64,000 bases of DNA from Candidatus Eiseniibacteriota bacterium (GCA_965224245.1 OZ245046.1:1344001-1408000); one strand, 5' to 3'; shown: positions 38,771 to 48,509, counted from the stretch's first letter. Numbers and translations are program-made. Notes: generated from the sequence alone by a model not told the origin.

Positions 38771-38833
38771 ATGGCAGCACTCGTTGACCTCATCTTGACC
38801 ATCCTGTCGCTGGGTGGTCGCGCTGGCTGGTAG
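38771..38833 (+). CDS. 20-aa hydrophobic peptide MAALVDLILTILSLGGRAGW (candidate signalling peptide precursor)
   Basis: GGAGGTGGAG Shine-Dalgarno immediately upstream of ATG, TAG stop, otherwise empty intergenic gap. Below the ORF-track size cutoff. Confidence 0.65.
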   Translation: MAALVDLILTILSLGGRAGW

Positions 38834-38902
38834 AACGGTCGGCGTAAACAGGTGTAGCCGCCGGTCCCACCCGAGTTTCCGCCCCGACCCCACGAGAGCC
38901 CG

Positions 38903-39934
38903 ATGGACTACAAGACCAGCGGCGTCGACATCGAGGCCGCGTCCTCGGCTCTGGACCGGGTCGGCGCACTCATTCGCCGGACGCACGGGGCCCACGTGGT
39001 CCGGTTGGAGTCCGGCTTCGCCGGCGCCTTCCGCCTGGGCGACACCGATCGCATCCTCCTGGCCTCGATCGACGGCGTCGGCACGAAGCTGATGATCGCC
39101 GTGCGTCTGGGGCGATACCGCTCGGTCGGCGGCGACCTGGTCCGCCACTGCGTCAACGACGTGCTCGTGCACGGGGGGCGCCCCCTGGTCTTCCTCGACT
39201 ACGTGGGCACCGCGAGGCTCCGCGCCGAGTGGCTGGCCGAGGTGGTGGGCGGCATGGCCGATGCCTGTGGCGAGGTCGGCTGCGCCCTGATCGGCGGTGA
39301 GACGGCCGAGATGCCCGGGATCTACCACGGCGACGACTTCGATCTGGTCGGGGCCATCGTCGGCGAGGTGGACGCCGGGTCGCTGCTGGACGGCGGGCGG
39401 GTCCGGCCCGGCGACATGCTCCTGGGGCTGGCCTCGGACGGCCTGCACACCAACGGCTTCTCCCTGGCCCGCGAGGTCGTGCGCGAGCGGGCGGGCGACG
39501 ATCTGGCGCGGCCGCTCCCGGGGAGCGAGACGAGCTGGGGGGACGCCCTCCTGGCCCCGCATCGGAGCTACTACCGGGCCCTGGCCCCGGAGATCGGGGG
39601 GGAGCGTGTCCATGCGCTGGCCCACGTCACCGGCGGGGGCATCGGCGGCAATCTGACCCGCGTGCTGCCCGAGGGCCTGGTGGCCGAGGTGGATCGGGCC
39701 TCGTGGCCGGTGCCCGAGGTCTTCGGGGCCATCGCGTCGCTCGGCGAGGTGTCCGAGCCCGAGATGTTCCGGGCGTTCAACATGGGGATCGGCTACGTGG
39801 TCGTGACCCCGTCCGAGGCCGCGCCGGCGCTCGAGGCCGACCTCCGGGAGCGGGGAGAGCGCGTGTTCCGGATCGGGCGCGTCCGCGCCGGCGACGCCCC
39901 GGGAGGCCACCGGGTGGACCTCGGCTGGGGTTGA
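38903..39934 (+). CDS. purM: Phosphoribosylformylglycinamidine cyclo-ligase
   Basis: YKTSGVDI, DGVGTKL, GGETAEMPG, GLHTNGFSL, HVTGGG, FNMGIG. Confidence 0.95.
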   Translation: MDYKTSGVDIEAASSALDRVGALIRRTHGAHVVRLESGFAGAFRLGDTDRILLASIDGVGTKLMIAVRLGRYRSVGGDLVRHCVNDVLVHGGRPLVFLDYVGTARLRAEWLAEVVGGMADACGEVGCALIGGETAEMPGIYHGDDFDLVGAIVGEVDAGSLLDGGRVRPGDMLLGLASDGLHTNGFSLAREVVRERAGDDLARPLPGSETSWGDALLAPHRSYYRALAPEIGGERVHALAHVTGGGIGGNLTRVLPEGLVAEVDRASWPVPEVFGAIASLGEVSEPEMFRAFNMGIGYVVVTPSEAAPALEADLRERGERVFRIGRVRAGDAPGGHRVDLGWG

Positions 39935-39960
39935 CACATCGGCCGGTTCGCTTCTACCAT
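39931..39960 (+). promoter_or_regulatory. sigma70 promoter for tRNA-Val-infC
   Basis: TTGACA (overlapping the purM stop)-N18-TACCAT. Confidence 0.65.
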
Positions 39961-39993
39961 CCCGGACTTCGAAATGGCGCTTTGTTTGCGCGT

Positions 39994-40070
39994 GGGCGAT
40001 TAGCTCAGCTGGTTAGAGTGCCTGCTTGACATGCAGGAGGTCACTGGTTCAAGTCCAGTATCGCCCACCA
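39994..40070 (+). tRNA. tRNA-Val(GAC)
   Basis: GGGCGATTAGCTCAG..., CCTGC-TTGACAT-GCAGG, GGTTCAAGTCC, CCA. Confidence 0.97.
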
Positions 40071-40087
40071 GAACGACAGTAGTTGGC

Positions 40088-40296
40088 ACACAAGCGGAAG
40101 CCGCCCGGCTTCTCACCTCCAAGCGCGCGCGCCCCTCCGAGGGGCGTGGTCGACGTTTCGTGGGGTCGGTGCCGCACGATCGCCCTCGCTGCCCTGATCG
40201 GCGACGCGGGCCTCGTGCGACGGCGATCGGTCCCGGACCGGTCGTGGCACCGTCGGACGTTGCGGGCGGCACCGGATGTGCCGGCCCGTTTTTTTG
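40088..40296 (+). ncRNA. L20 leader-type attenuator upstream of infC-rpmI-rplT
   Basis: AAGCGGAAGCCGCCCGGCTTCTCACCT resembles the Bacillus L20 leader core. GCCGCCCG (40100-40107) is complementary to the terminator left arm CGGGCGGC (40263-40270). Terminator hairpin plus T7. Confidence 0.7.
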
Positions 40297-40342
40297 TGTT
40301 CGCGCCGCCTCTCGGGGGGCGAACCGATCAGGAGGAGTCGAC

Positions 40343-40894
40343 ATACCGCGACCGAGACCGCGTGATCGCGGGCCCGAGAAGGCCCGCGAGCCCCGAGTGA
40401 ACGATCGTATTCGGATCCCCCAGATCCGTCTCATCGGGGCCGATGGTGAGCAGATCGGACTGGTCAACACGCGCGACGCGTTGACGATGGCCCAGGAGCA
40501 GGGGCTCGACCTCGTCGAGGTCGCGCCCGGCGCCAAGCCGCCGGTCTGTCGCATCATGGACTACGGAAAGTTCAAATACGATCAGTCGAAGAAGGAGCGG
40601 AAGGCGCGACAGAACCAGCACACCGTGTCGCTCAAAGAGGTCAAGTTTCGCCCGCGCATCGACGACCACGACTACGAGTTCAAGGTCGCCAACGCGCGGA
40701 AGTTCCTCGAGGGCAAGGACAAGGTGAAGCTGACGATTCAGTTTCGGGGACGTGAGATGGCACACCGCGAGTTCGGACATCGCCTCCTGGATCGCGTCCT
40801 CGCGGATCTCGAAGACATCGCCCAGGTCGAGACGCCGCCTCGCAGCGAGGGGCGTTTCATACACATGGTCGTCGCGCCGAAGAAGACCCAGTAG
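40343..40894 (+). CDS. infC: Translation initiation factor IF-3 (non-canonical ATA start)
   Basis: VNDRIRIPQIRLI, LDLVEVAP, PPVCRIMDYGKFKY, KEVKFRP, FRGRE. GGAGG is 7 nt before an in-frame ATA. Confidence 0.92.
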   Translation: MPRPRPRDRGPEKAREPRVNDRIRIPQIRLIGADGEQIGLVNTRDALTMAQEQGLDLVEVAPGAKPPVCRIMDYGKFKYDQSKKERKARQNQHTVSLKEVKFRPRIDDHDYEFKVANARKFLEGKDKVKLTIQFRGREMAHREFGHRLLDRVLADLEDIAQVETPPRSEGRFIHMVVAPKKTQ

Positions 40895-40921
40895 CGCGAT
40901 CGACCCGATGGAGAGGGACGG

Positions 40922-41119
40922 ATGCCGAAGATGAAGACCCGCCGCGGCGCGATGAAGCGTCTGCGGCTCACGGCCAGCGGCCGGATCCGCCGCAACAAGG
41001 CCTCCGCGAGCCATCTGATGACGAGCAAGACCCGCAAGCAGAAGCGCCGCCTTCGCAAGTCGGTCATCGTGACGCCGGCCGACGAGCGGCGCATGCTCAA
41101 GCAGATGGGTCGCGCCTAG
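40922..41119 (+). CDS. rpmI: 50S ribosomal protein L35
   Basis: MPKMKTRRGAMKR, located between infC and rplT. Confidence 0.95.
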   Translation: MPKMKTRRGAMKRLRLTASGRIRRNKASASHLMTSKTRKQKRRLRKSVIVTPADERRMLKQMGRA

Positions 41120-41183
41120 ATCACCGTTCCGGCCGTGCCGGCGGTGACGCGCCATTCGTGAATCCGAAAACAGGGAGATAACC

Positions 41184-41558
41184 ATGCCGCGAGCCAAGAC
41201 CGTCGTACCGGGGCGCGCGCGTCGTAAGAAGGTCCTCAAGGCCATGCGCGGTGCGCGCGGCGGCCGGAGTCGGCTGTACCGGTCAGCCCGGGAGACGCTG
41301 TTCCGGGCCCTCGCGTACGCGTATCGCGATCGCAAGGCGCGCAAGCGCGAGTTCCGCAAGCTGTGGATCATGCGCATCAACGCCGCCGCCCGGATGAACG
41401 GGCTCAGCTACTCGACGATGATGCACGGGCTCAAGCTCGCCAACATCGATCTGGATCGAAAGGCGCTCGCGCATCTCGCCATGCACGACGCCGACGGCTT
41501 CTCGAAGGTCGCCGACGCCGCCAAGTCGGCGCTGCCGGTGGGGGCGCCGGAGGCATGA
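41184..41558 (+). CDS. rplT: 50S ribosomal protein L20
   Basis: [33 protein letters not shown]. Confidence 0.97.
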   Translation: MPRAKTVVPGRARRKKVLKAMRGARGGRSRLYRSARETLFRALAYAYRDRKARKREFRKLWIMRINAAARMNGLSYSTMMHGLKLANIDLDRKALAHLAMHDADGFSKVADAAKSALPVGAPEA

Positions 41559-42541
41559 CGCACGATCCGGCCGCGCTCGAGTCCGAGGCGTTCGCCGCCA
41601 TCGCCGATGCGACGGACGACGACGCGCTCGACGCGGTCCGTGTCGCTTACCTCGGTCGCAAGGGCAAGCTGACGTCGATCCTGCGCACCCTGGGGACGCT
41701 CGATCCCCAGGAGCGCGCACGTGTGGGGCAGAGCGCGAACGTCCTCAAGCGCAAGATCAACGACGCGCTCGACGAGCGCCGTCACGCGCTGTCGGCGGCT
41801 CGCACCGACGCCGCTCCGGCGATCGACGTGACGCTGCCCGGTCGTCCCCTTCACGTCGGCGGCCGCCACGTGCTGTCGGCGCTGCTCGACGAGATGGTGG
41901 AGATCTTCCACGGCATGGGCTTCTCGGTCGCCCTGGGACCGGACGTCGAGGACGACTACCACAACTTCGAGGCGCTGAACATTCCGCCCGGGCATCCGGC
42001 CCGCGACATGCATGACACGTTCTTCGTCGACGACACGACCGTCCTGCGCACGCACACCTCACCGGTCCAGATTCGCGTCATGGAGTCGACGCCACCGCCG
42101 ATCCGGATGATCTTCCCGGGACGCGTCTACCGGAACGAGGCGCTCGACGCGACCCACGCCGCCGAGTTCAATCAGGTCGAGATCCTCTACGTGGATCACG
42201 GCGTCACCTTCCGCGATCTCAAGGGCAGCCTCGAGACGTTCGTTCACGAGCTCCTGGGGCACGACGTGAAGACGCGGTTCCGGCCGTCGTACTTCCCGTT
42301 CACCGAGCCCAGCGCCGAGCTCGACATCTACTGGACCGCGGGCAAGCGACCGGACTGGGTGGAGGTGCTCGGCTGCGGCATGGTGCATCCCCGTGTCTTC
42401 GAGTACGTCGGATACGATCCCGAGCGGGTCTCGGGGTACGCCGCCGGCATCGGTCTCGAGCGCATCGCGATGCTCCGGCACGGGATCCCCGACATCCGGT
42501 ACTTCACCGACAACGACGTGCGATTCCTGTCCCAGTTCTAG
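41555..42541 (+). CDS. pheS: Phenylalanyl-tRNA synthetase alpha subunit
   Basis: [39 protein letters not shown]. Confidence 0.97.
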   Translation: MTHDPAALESEAFAAIADATDDDALDAVRVAYLGRKGKLTSILRTLGTLDPQERARVGQSANVLKRKINDALDERRHALSAARTDAAPAIDVTLPGRPLHVGGRHVLSALLDEMVEIFHGMGFSVALGPDVEDDYHNFEALNIPPGHPARDMHDTFFVDDTTVLRTHTSPVQIRVMESTPPPIRMIFPGRVYRNEALDATHAAEFNQVEILYVDHGVTFRDLKGSLETFVHELLGHDVKTRFRPSYFPFTEPSAELDIYWTAGKRPDWVEVLGCGMVHPRVFEYVGYDPERVSGYAAGIGLERIAMLRHGIPDIRYFTDNDVRFLSQF

Positions 42542-42613
42542 GCGCGTGCCGCTCGCGCGTGCCCGGACGGGATTCTCGGGACGTCCAGGGGCCTTCTTCC
42601 GGAGTGGAGTCCG

Positions 42614-45049
42614 ATGAAGCTGTCTCTCAACTGGCTCGGCGACTGGGTGGACCCCGACGGTGACGTCGACGCGATCGCCGGGCGACTCACCACGATCGGC
42701 CTGACCGTGGACGGCGTCGACGACGTCGGGCGCTCGGTGGCCGACGTCGTGGTCGGACGCATCCTCGACGTCACGCGTCACCCGAACGCCGACCGGCTGT
42801 CGCTGTGCCGGGTCGACGCAGGGGGCGAGGAGCCCGTGAGCGTCGTCTGCGGTGCGCCGAACGTGACCGCCGGCGAGCGCTATCCCTTCGCGCCGGTCGG
42901 CGCCACGCTACCCGGCGGGCTCACGCTGAAGAAGGTCAAGATCCGGGGTGAGACGTCCATGGGCATGCTCTGCTCCGCGAGCGAGCTCGGTCTCTCGACC
43001 GATCACTCGGGCCTGATGACGCTCGACACCGACGCGGCGCCCGGATCGCCGCTGGCCGACGCGCTCGGCCTCGACGACGCGGTGCTGGATCTCGACGTGC
43101 CGTACAACCGTCCGGACTGGCTCTCGGTACGCGGCGTCGCGCGGGAGCTGGCGGCCGCCACCCGGACGTCCGTGCGCGGTCCGGTGCCATCGCCGGCCGA
43201 GACCGGTCCGCCGGCGGCCGAGTCGGTCCGGGTGACCCTCGTGGACCCGGTCGGCTGTCCACTCTACGGGGCGCGGATCGTACGCGGGGTCAGGATCGGT
43301 CCATCTCCGGCGTGGCTCGTGCGCCGGCTCGAGGCGATCGGCCAGCGCTCGATCAACAACGTGGTCGACGTGACCAACTACGTCCTTCACACGTACGGCC
43401 AGCCGATCCACGCGTTCGATCTCGGCCACGTGCGCGGAGCGGAGATCCGTGTCCGGCGCTCGGAGCCGGGCGAGCGCCTGACGACCCTGGACGGGGTCGA
43501 TCGTGCGCTCCCCGCGGGCACCCTCGTGATCGCCGACGCCGAGGGCGCGGTGGCCCTGGCCGGGATCATGGGCGGAGCCGACTCCGAGGTGACCGAGGAC
43601 ACGACGTCCATCCTCATCGAGAGCGCCCTCTTCGACGCGGAGGCCGTCCGTGACGGCGCGCGCGGGCTGTCGATGGAGACCGAGGCGTCCATGCGGTTCT
43701 CGCGCGGCGTCGATCCCGCCGCCGTGCTGACGGCGCTGGATCACACGGCTCAGTGGATCGTCGAGACCGGCGGAGGCGAGGTGTCGAGCGGACGGGTCGT
43801 GGCCGGAGCGCCGCCGGTAGCCGATCGCACGGTGCCGCTTCGCGAGGCGCGCGTGGCGGAGATCCTGGGCCAACCCGTTCCGCGCGACGAGATCGAGTCG
43901 ATCCTGACCCGCCTGGGGTTCACGCCCGCGGTCGAGGGCGGCGACACGGCCGTCTGGCGCTGCCGGGTCCCGAGCTGGCGGACCGACGTCACCCGCGAGA
44001 TCGATCTGATCGAGGAGGTGGCGCGCTTTCACGGCTACGATCGGTTCGAGGCCCGACAGTTCAACGCCGGCGCGGTGTCCGCGGTGCGATCGCCGCTGGA
44101 CCGGCTTCTCGACGCCTCCGCCCGTGCCTTCGTCGGGCTCGGGTTCCGCGAGGTGCAGACGTTCGGCCTGATGTCCGAGGCGCGAGCGGTCGAGACGCAG
44201 CGCTGGTCGCTCGCGCGAGGCGACACGATCGTGCTGCGCAACGCGAAGAGCCGCGAGACGAACGCGTTGCGCGGATCGGTGGCGCCCGGTCATCTCGAGG
44301 TGGTGCGACACAACGTCAACCGCGGGGTCACGAGCCTTCGCCTGTTCGAGCACGGCAAGGTGTTCTGGAGCCTGGGGAGCGAGCGCGGTCGCCACGGCAC
44401 CGGCTACGACGAGGCATGGGAGTGCGCGGGCGTCGTCGTGGGACCGTGGGAGGAGGCCAGCTGGGGACGGCCGGCACAGCCGATTGACCTCTTCGCACTG
44501 AAGGGGCTCCTGGACGCCTGGTGCCGTGCGATGCGCTTTCCCGCACCCCGGTACGCCCCGTCGACCGAGGCGGTCGGACCGCTGGCCCGCGCCGACGCGG
44601 TCTCGATCGAGATCGACGGGGAGCGGTGGGGATGGGCGGGCCGGGTCCATCCCGACGTGGCTCTGCGCGCCGACGTCCCCGCCGATACGTGGCTTTTCTC
44701 GATTGACTTCGAGCGGGGATTGACATTGAATCAGGTAACTCCTTGTTACCGAGAGGCTTCTCGGTTTCCCGCCGTGAAGCGGGATTTGGCCTTCGTGGTA
44801 CCCAAGACCGCCGCTCACGCCGACGTCGAGGCCGCGATCACGGCCGCGGGGCGGGGAATGGTGTCGTCGGTGCGCCTCTTCGACGTGTACGAGGGGGAGC
44901 CGGTGCCCGAGGGCTCGCGCAGCCTCGCGTACGCTCTGGAGTTTCAGTCGACCGAGCGAAGTCTGACCAGCGCCGACGTGGATGCCGTGGCCGACGCCAT
45001 CGTGGCCGCGCTGGCGCGGGACTTCCACGCCGTTCTCAGGGACACCTGA
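42614..45049 (+). CDS. pheT: Phenylalanyl-tRNA synthetase beta subunit
   Basis: HPNADRL, VCGAPNV, SINNVVDVTNY, DLIEEVAR, RFPAVKRDLA (FDX-ACB). Confidence 0.97.
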   Translation: MKLSLNWLGDWVDPDGDVDAIAGRLTTIGLTVDGVDDVGRSVADVVVGRILDVTRHPNADRLSLCRVDAGGEEPVSVVCGAPNVTAGERYPFAPVGATLPGGLTLKKVKIRGETSMGMLCSASELGLSTDHSGLMTLDTDAAPGSPLADALGLDDAVLDLDVPYNRPDWLSVRGVARELAAATRTSVRGPVPSPAETGPPAAESVRVTLVDPVGCPLYGARIVRGVRIGPSPAWLVRRLEAIGQRSINNVVDVTNYVLHTYGQPIHAFDLGHVRGAEIRVRRSEPGERLTTLDGVDRALPAGTLVIADAEGAVALAGIMGGADSEVTEDTTSILIESALFDAEAVRDGARGLSMETEASMRFSRGVDPAAVLTALDHTAQWIVETGGGEVSSGRVVAGAPPVADRTVPLREARVAEILGQPVPRDEIESILTRLGFTPAVEGGDTAVWRCRVPSWRTDVTREIDLIEEVARFHGYDRFEARQFNAGAVSAVRSPLDRLLDASARAFVGLGFREVQTFGLMSEARAVETQRWSLARGDTIVLRNAKSRETNALRGSVAPGHLEVVRHNVNRGVTSLRLFEHGKVFWSLGSERGRHGTGYDEAWECAGVVVGPWEEASWGRPAQPIDLFALKGLLDAWCRAMRFPAPRYAPSTEAVGPLARADAVSIEIDGERWGWAGRVHPDVALRADVPADTWLFSIDFERGLTLNQVTPCYREASRFPAVKRDLAFVVPKTAAHADVEAAITAAGRGMVSSVRLFDVYEGEPVPEGSRSLAYALEFQSTERSLTSADVDAVADAIVAALARDFHAVLRDT

Positions 45050-45092
45050 CGACCCTGTCGCGCTGCTCGCGGGATGAGGAGCCTCGTACGCG

Positions 45093-45380
45093 ATGATTGC
45101 CGAACTGGACAGACTCTCCGAAAAGGTTGAACTGGCGCGGGAAACCATTGTAAAACTGCGCTCAGACAATGACAGGCTCACGTCGGAGTGCGAGAGCCTC
45201 CGCCAGGAGCTGGCGAGGTTCCGCGCGGTCGGCGAGACGCCCGAGAAGCTCGAAGCGCTGTTCGAGGGCGTCGACTCCGCGTCGCAAGAGCGCGACGAGC
45301 TGAGGCGCGAACGCGACGAGGTCGTGAAGCGCATTCACGGCATCCTGGAAAAGGTGGAGGCGCTCGAAGACGTGAGCTGA
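45093..45380 (+). CDS. ZapB-like coiled-coil protein
   Basis: All-helical heptad pattern. Position pheT-[this gene]-zapA. Confidence 0.6.
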   Translation: MIAELDRLSEKVELARETIVKLRSDNDRLTSECESLRQELARFRAVGETPEKLEALFEGVDSASQERDELRRERDEVVKRIHGILEKVEALEDVS

Positions 45381-45460
45381 CGCCCGGGCCATGGTAGGGT
45401 GGCCGGGGTCGTCGTCTCGACCGGCGCTCCTGGACGCGATCTCGAGCCGTGGGATGATCG

Positions 45461-45805
45461 ATGGGTACTACGCAAACCACGCGCGTGTCGATACTGGGTT
45501 CCGAGTACACCCTCAAGGGAACGAGTGATCCGGAGACGATCACCGAGGTCGCGCGCTTCGTCGATGCGAAGCTCCGCCAGGCTCGGGCTCGCTCCGATCA
45601 ACCCAACGACATCGCGAGAGTGGCGATACTGACCTCGTTGAACATCGCCTACGAGCTCTTCGAAACCCGCGCGGATGCCCTGCATACGCGCGAGCAGATC
45701 GAAGCGAACGCGAGGCAACTGGTCGAACGGCTCGACGCGTGCATGCGCGACGCGCCGGCCCACGACGCCGCGACGAACGGATCGCTGTCCGAGACCGCTC
45801 GATAG
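45461..45805 (+). CDS. zapA: Cell division protein ZapA
   Basis: VSILGSEYTL, VARFVDAKL, VAILTSLNIAYEL. Confidence 0.85.
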   Translation: MGTTQTTRVSILGSEYTLKGTSDPETITEVARFVDAKLRQARARSDQPNDIARVAILTSLNIAYELFETRADALHTREQIEANARQLVERLDACMRDAPAHDAATNGSLSETAR

Positions 45806-45858
45806 ACGTCCGCGACGCGTGGGCCCCTGGCCCGCGTGCACGGTCGTCGGCTGACACT

Positions 45859-46041
45859 TTCCCTGCCTAGCCCGTGGGGATTCGTCGGTGAACTTGAGCC
45901 AATGCCTTACTCATGGGGGCTGTGACACTCGATGACGCGGGACCCGGTGCACGCTTGCCGGGGGCGCAATGTCGAGTATTCGGCGCCCACTTCGTGAGAA
46001 AGGCTCAAGCTCGCCACGGGTCCAACGGCATGGTGGGGATT
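45859..46041 (+). ncRNA. ssrS: 6S RNA
   Basis: About 180-nt rod with nested pairings CCCGTGG/CCACGGG, TTGAGCC/GGCTCAA and ACTCGA/TCGAGT around a central bubble. Typical position downstream of zapA. Ends in a T run. Confidence 0.75.
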
Positions 46042-46111
46042 TTTTCGTTCCGGACCGCGGGGCACGCGCCGCGGGCGCCGGAGGGGGCGGGACGAAAGGA
46101 CACGCGACCCG

Positions 46112-47683
46112 ATGAACATCCACATCGGTCTGATGGTGGCCATCGCGCTGGGATCCGCCCTCGTGGGCCTCGGCGCCGGCCTGGCGTTCGCTCAGAGTCG
46201 CGAGCGTGCCAAGGTCCGTGAAGGCCGGAGCCGGGCCGCGAGCATCGTGGCCGACGCCCAGCGCGAGGCCGAGGCCGCGATCAAGGCCGCCAAGCTCGAG
46301 GCCCGCGAGGAGTGGCATCGACGCAAGGAGGCGTTCGATCGCGAGACGGCCGACGCCCGCAAGGAGACGCAGCGGCTGGACCGCCTGGTCGCGGACCGCG
46401 AGCAGAGCATCAACCGTCGCTCGGACTCCCTCGACCGTCGCGAGCAGGATCTCCAGGAGAGCGAGAAGAAGCTCCACGAGCGCTCTCGTGAGCTGGAGTC
46501 GCTGCGCCAGGAGCACAAGGCGCAGATCGAGGAAGAGATGCTCGTCCTCGAACGCCTCGGCGGGCTGTCCGCGGTCGAAGCCCGCGCCGAGCTGACCAAG
46601 CGCATGGAGGACGAGGCGCGCCTCGACGTCGCCCGCAAGGTCAACGAGATCAAGCAGAACGCGGTCCGGAGCGCCGAGCGCGAGGCGCAGAAGATCATCT
46701 CGATGGCGATCTCCCGCCTGGCGTCCGACGTCTCGTCCGAGATCACGGTCAGCGTGGTCACGCTTCCCAACGACGAGATGAAGGGACGGATCATCGGGCG
46801 CGAGGGACGCAACATCCGCGCGTTCGAGAACCTCACCGGCATCGACGTCATCATCGACGACACGCCCGAGGCCGTCGTGCTCTCCTGCTTCGATCCGGTC
46901 CGTCGCGAGATCGGTCGTCTGGCCCTCGAGCGCCTGATCACCGACGGCCGCATTCACCCGACGCGCATCGAGGAGGTCGTCGAGAAGGCCGAGAAGGAGA
47001 TCGCCAAGAAGATCCGCGAGTCGGCCGAGCAGGCCTGCCTGGATCTCGGGATCTCCGGGGTTCACGACGAGGTCATCAAGACCCTGGGACGGCTCCGCTA
47101 TCGCACGTCCTACGGCCAGCAGATCTTGAATCACTCCAAGGACGTGGCCTACCTCTGCGGGATGATGGCCGCCGAGCTGGGACTGGACATCGGCGTCGCG
47201 CGACGCGCGGGTCTGTTCCACGACATCGGGAAGGCCGTCGACCACGAGGTCGAAGGCCCGCACGCCGAGATCGGCGAGAATCTCCTGCGCCGCTTCGGGG
47301 AGTCCGAGATCATCTGCCGCGCGGTGGGGGCGCACCACGACAACGCCGAGACGATGCCGTCGCTGTATCCGGTGCTCGTCCAGGCCGCCGACGCCGTGAG
47401 CGGTGCACGTCCGGGCGCACGTCGCGAGACGCTCTCGACCTACGTCAAGCGGCTCGAGAAGCTCGAGGGCATCGCTCGCCAGTTCCCTCAGGTCTCGCAG
47501 GCCTACGCGATCCAGGCTGGCCGCGAGATCCGGGTGATGGTCGACAGCGAGAAGTCCGACGACGCCAGCGCCGCGCAGCTGTCGATGGAGGTCGCGCGGA
47601 AGATCGAGAGCGAGATGGAGTATCCCGGCACGATCAAGGTCGTGGTCATCCGCGAGATGCGCTCGGTTGAGTACGCCAAGTAG
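46112..47683 (+). CDS. rny: Ribonuclease Y
   Basis: N-terminal TM, coiled coil, KGRIIGREGRNIR (KH), HDIGKA (HD), QAGREIRV. Confidence 0.97.
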   Translation: MNIHIGLMVAIALGSALVGLGAGLAFAQSRERAKVREGRSRAASIVADAQREAEAAIKAAKLEAREEWHRRKEAFDRETADARKETQRLDRLVADREQSINRRSDSLDRREQDLQESEKKLHERSRELESLRQEHKAQIEEEMLVLERLGGLSAVEARAELTKRMEDEARLDVARKVNEIKQNAVRSAEREAQKIISMAISRLASDVSSEITVSVVTLPNDEMKGRIIGREGRNIRAFENLTGIDVIIDDTPEAVVLSCFDPVRREIGRLALERLITDGRIHPTRIEEVVEKAEKEIAKKIRESAEQACLDLGISGVHDEVIKTLGRLRYRTSYGQQILNHSKDVAYLCGMMAAELGLDIGVARRAGLFHDIGKAVDHEVEGPHAEIGENLLRRFGESEIICRAVGAHHDNAETMPSLYPVLVQAADAVSGARPGARRETLSTYVKRLEKLEGIARQFPQVSQAYAIQAGREIRVMVDSEKSDDASAAQLSMEVARKIESEMEYPGTIKVVVIREMRSVEYAK

Positions 47684-48509
47684 CGCGGGGGAGCCCGCCG
47701 CGTCGGAGTGCCTGCTGTTCGTGGCGGACGTGGTGGGGCGACCGGGCCGCAGGGCCTTGACCACGTGGCTTCCCGCGCTGCGTCGCGAGTACGACGTCTC
47801 GTTCTGCATCGTCAACGGCGAGAACGCCGCGGACGGCGCCGGCATGACCAAGCCCATCGTGGCCAGCTTCTTCGAGTGTGGAGCCGACGTCGTGACCTCG
47901 GGGAATCACGTGTTCGGCAACAAGGACATCTTCCGCGTCATCGACGACGAGACGCGACTGCTGCGACCGTTGAACATGGCCGCCGGCGTGCCCGGACGAG
48001 GCGCCGGCGTGTTTCGCACGTCGCGGGGGACACCCGTCCTCGTCATGAACGCGCTCGGACGCGTGTTCATGGACCCGGCGGAGTGCCCGTTCCGCGCGGT
48101 CGACGCCACGCTCGAGACCGACGGCCTCGGCGCCGGAGACGGGGCGCCGAGCGTCCGCCTGCTGGACTTCCACGCCGAGGCCACGTCCGAGACGATCGCG
48201 ATGTCGTGGCATCTGGATGGCCGGGTGACGGCCGTCATCGGCACGCACACCCACGTTCCGACCGCGGACGAGCGCGTGTCCGAGCGCGGCACCGCCGCGA
48301 TCACCGATGCCGGGATGACCGGACCCCATCGCTCCGTCATCGGCATGAAGACCGACGCCGTCCTCCGGCGCATGGTGCGCGGGCTGCCCACCCGCTTCTC
48401 CACCGCGACCGGCGACGTGAGGTTGAACGGCGTGCTGATCTGGATCGACCCCGACAGCGGCAAGGCGACGCGGATCGAGCGCGTCGAGCGCCGTCAGGAG
48501 GACGCATGA
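47667..48509 (+). CDS. ymdB: YmdB family metallophosphoesterase
   Basis: DVVGRPG, NGENAA, TSGNH, DFHAEATSE, GTHTHVPTAD, DAGMTG. Confidence 0.92.
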   Translation: MSTPSSAGEPAASECLLFVADVVGRPGRRALTTWLPALRREYDVSFCIVNGENAADGAGMTKPIVASFFECGADVVTSGNHVFGNKDIFRVIDDETRLLRPLNMAAGVPGRGAGVFRTSRGTPVLVMNALGRVFMDPAECPFRAVDATLETDGLGAGDGAPSVRLLDFHAEATSETIAMSWHLDGRVTAVIGTHTHVPTADERVSERGTAAITDAGMTGPHRSVIGMKTDAVLRRMVRGLPTRFSTATGDVRLNGVLIWIDPDSGKATRIERVERRQEDA

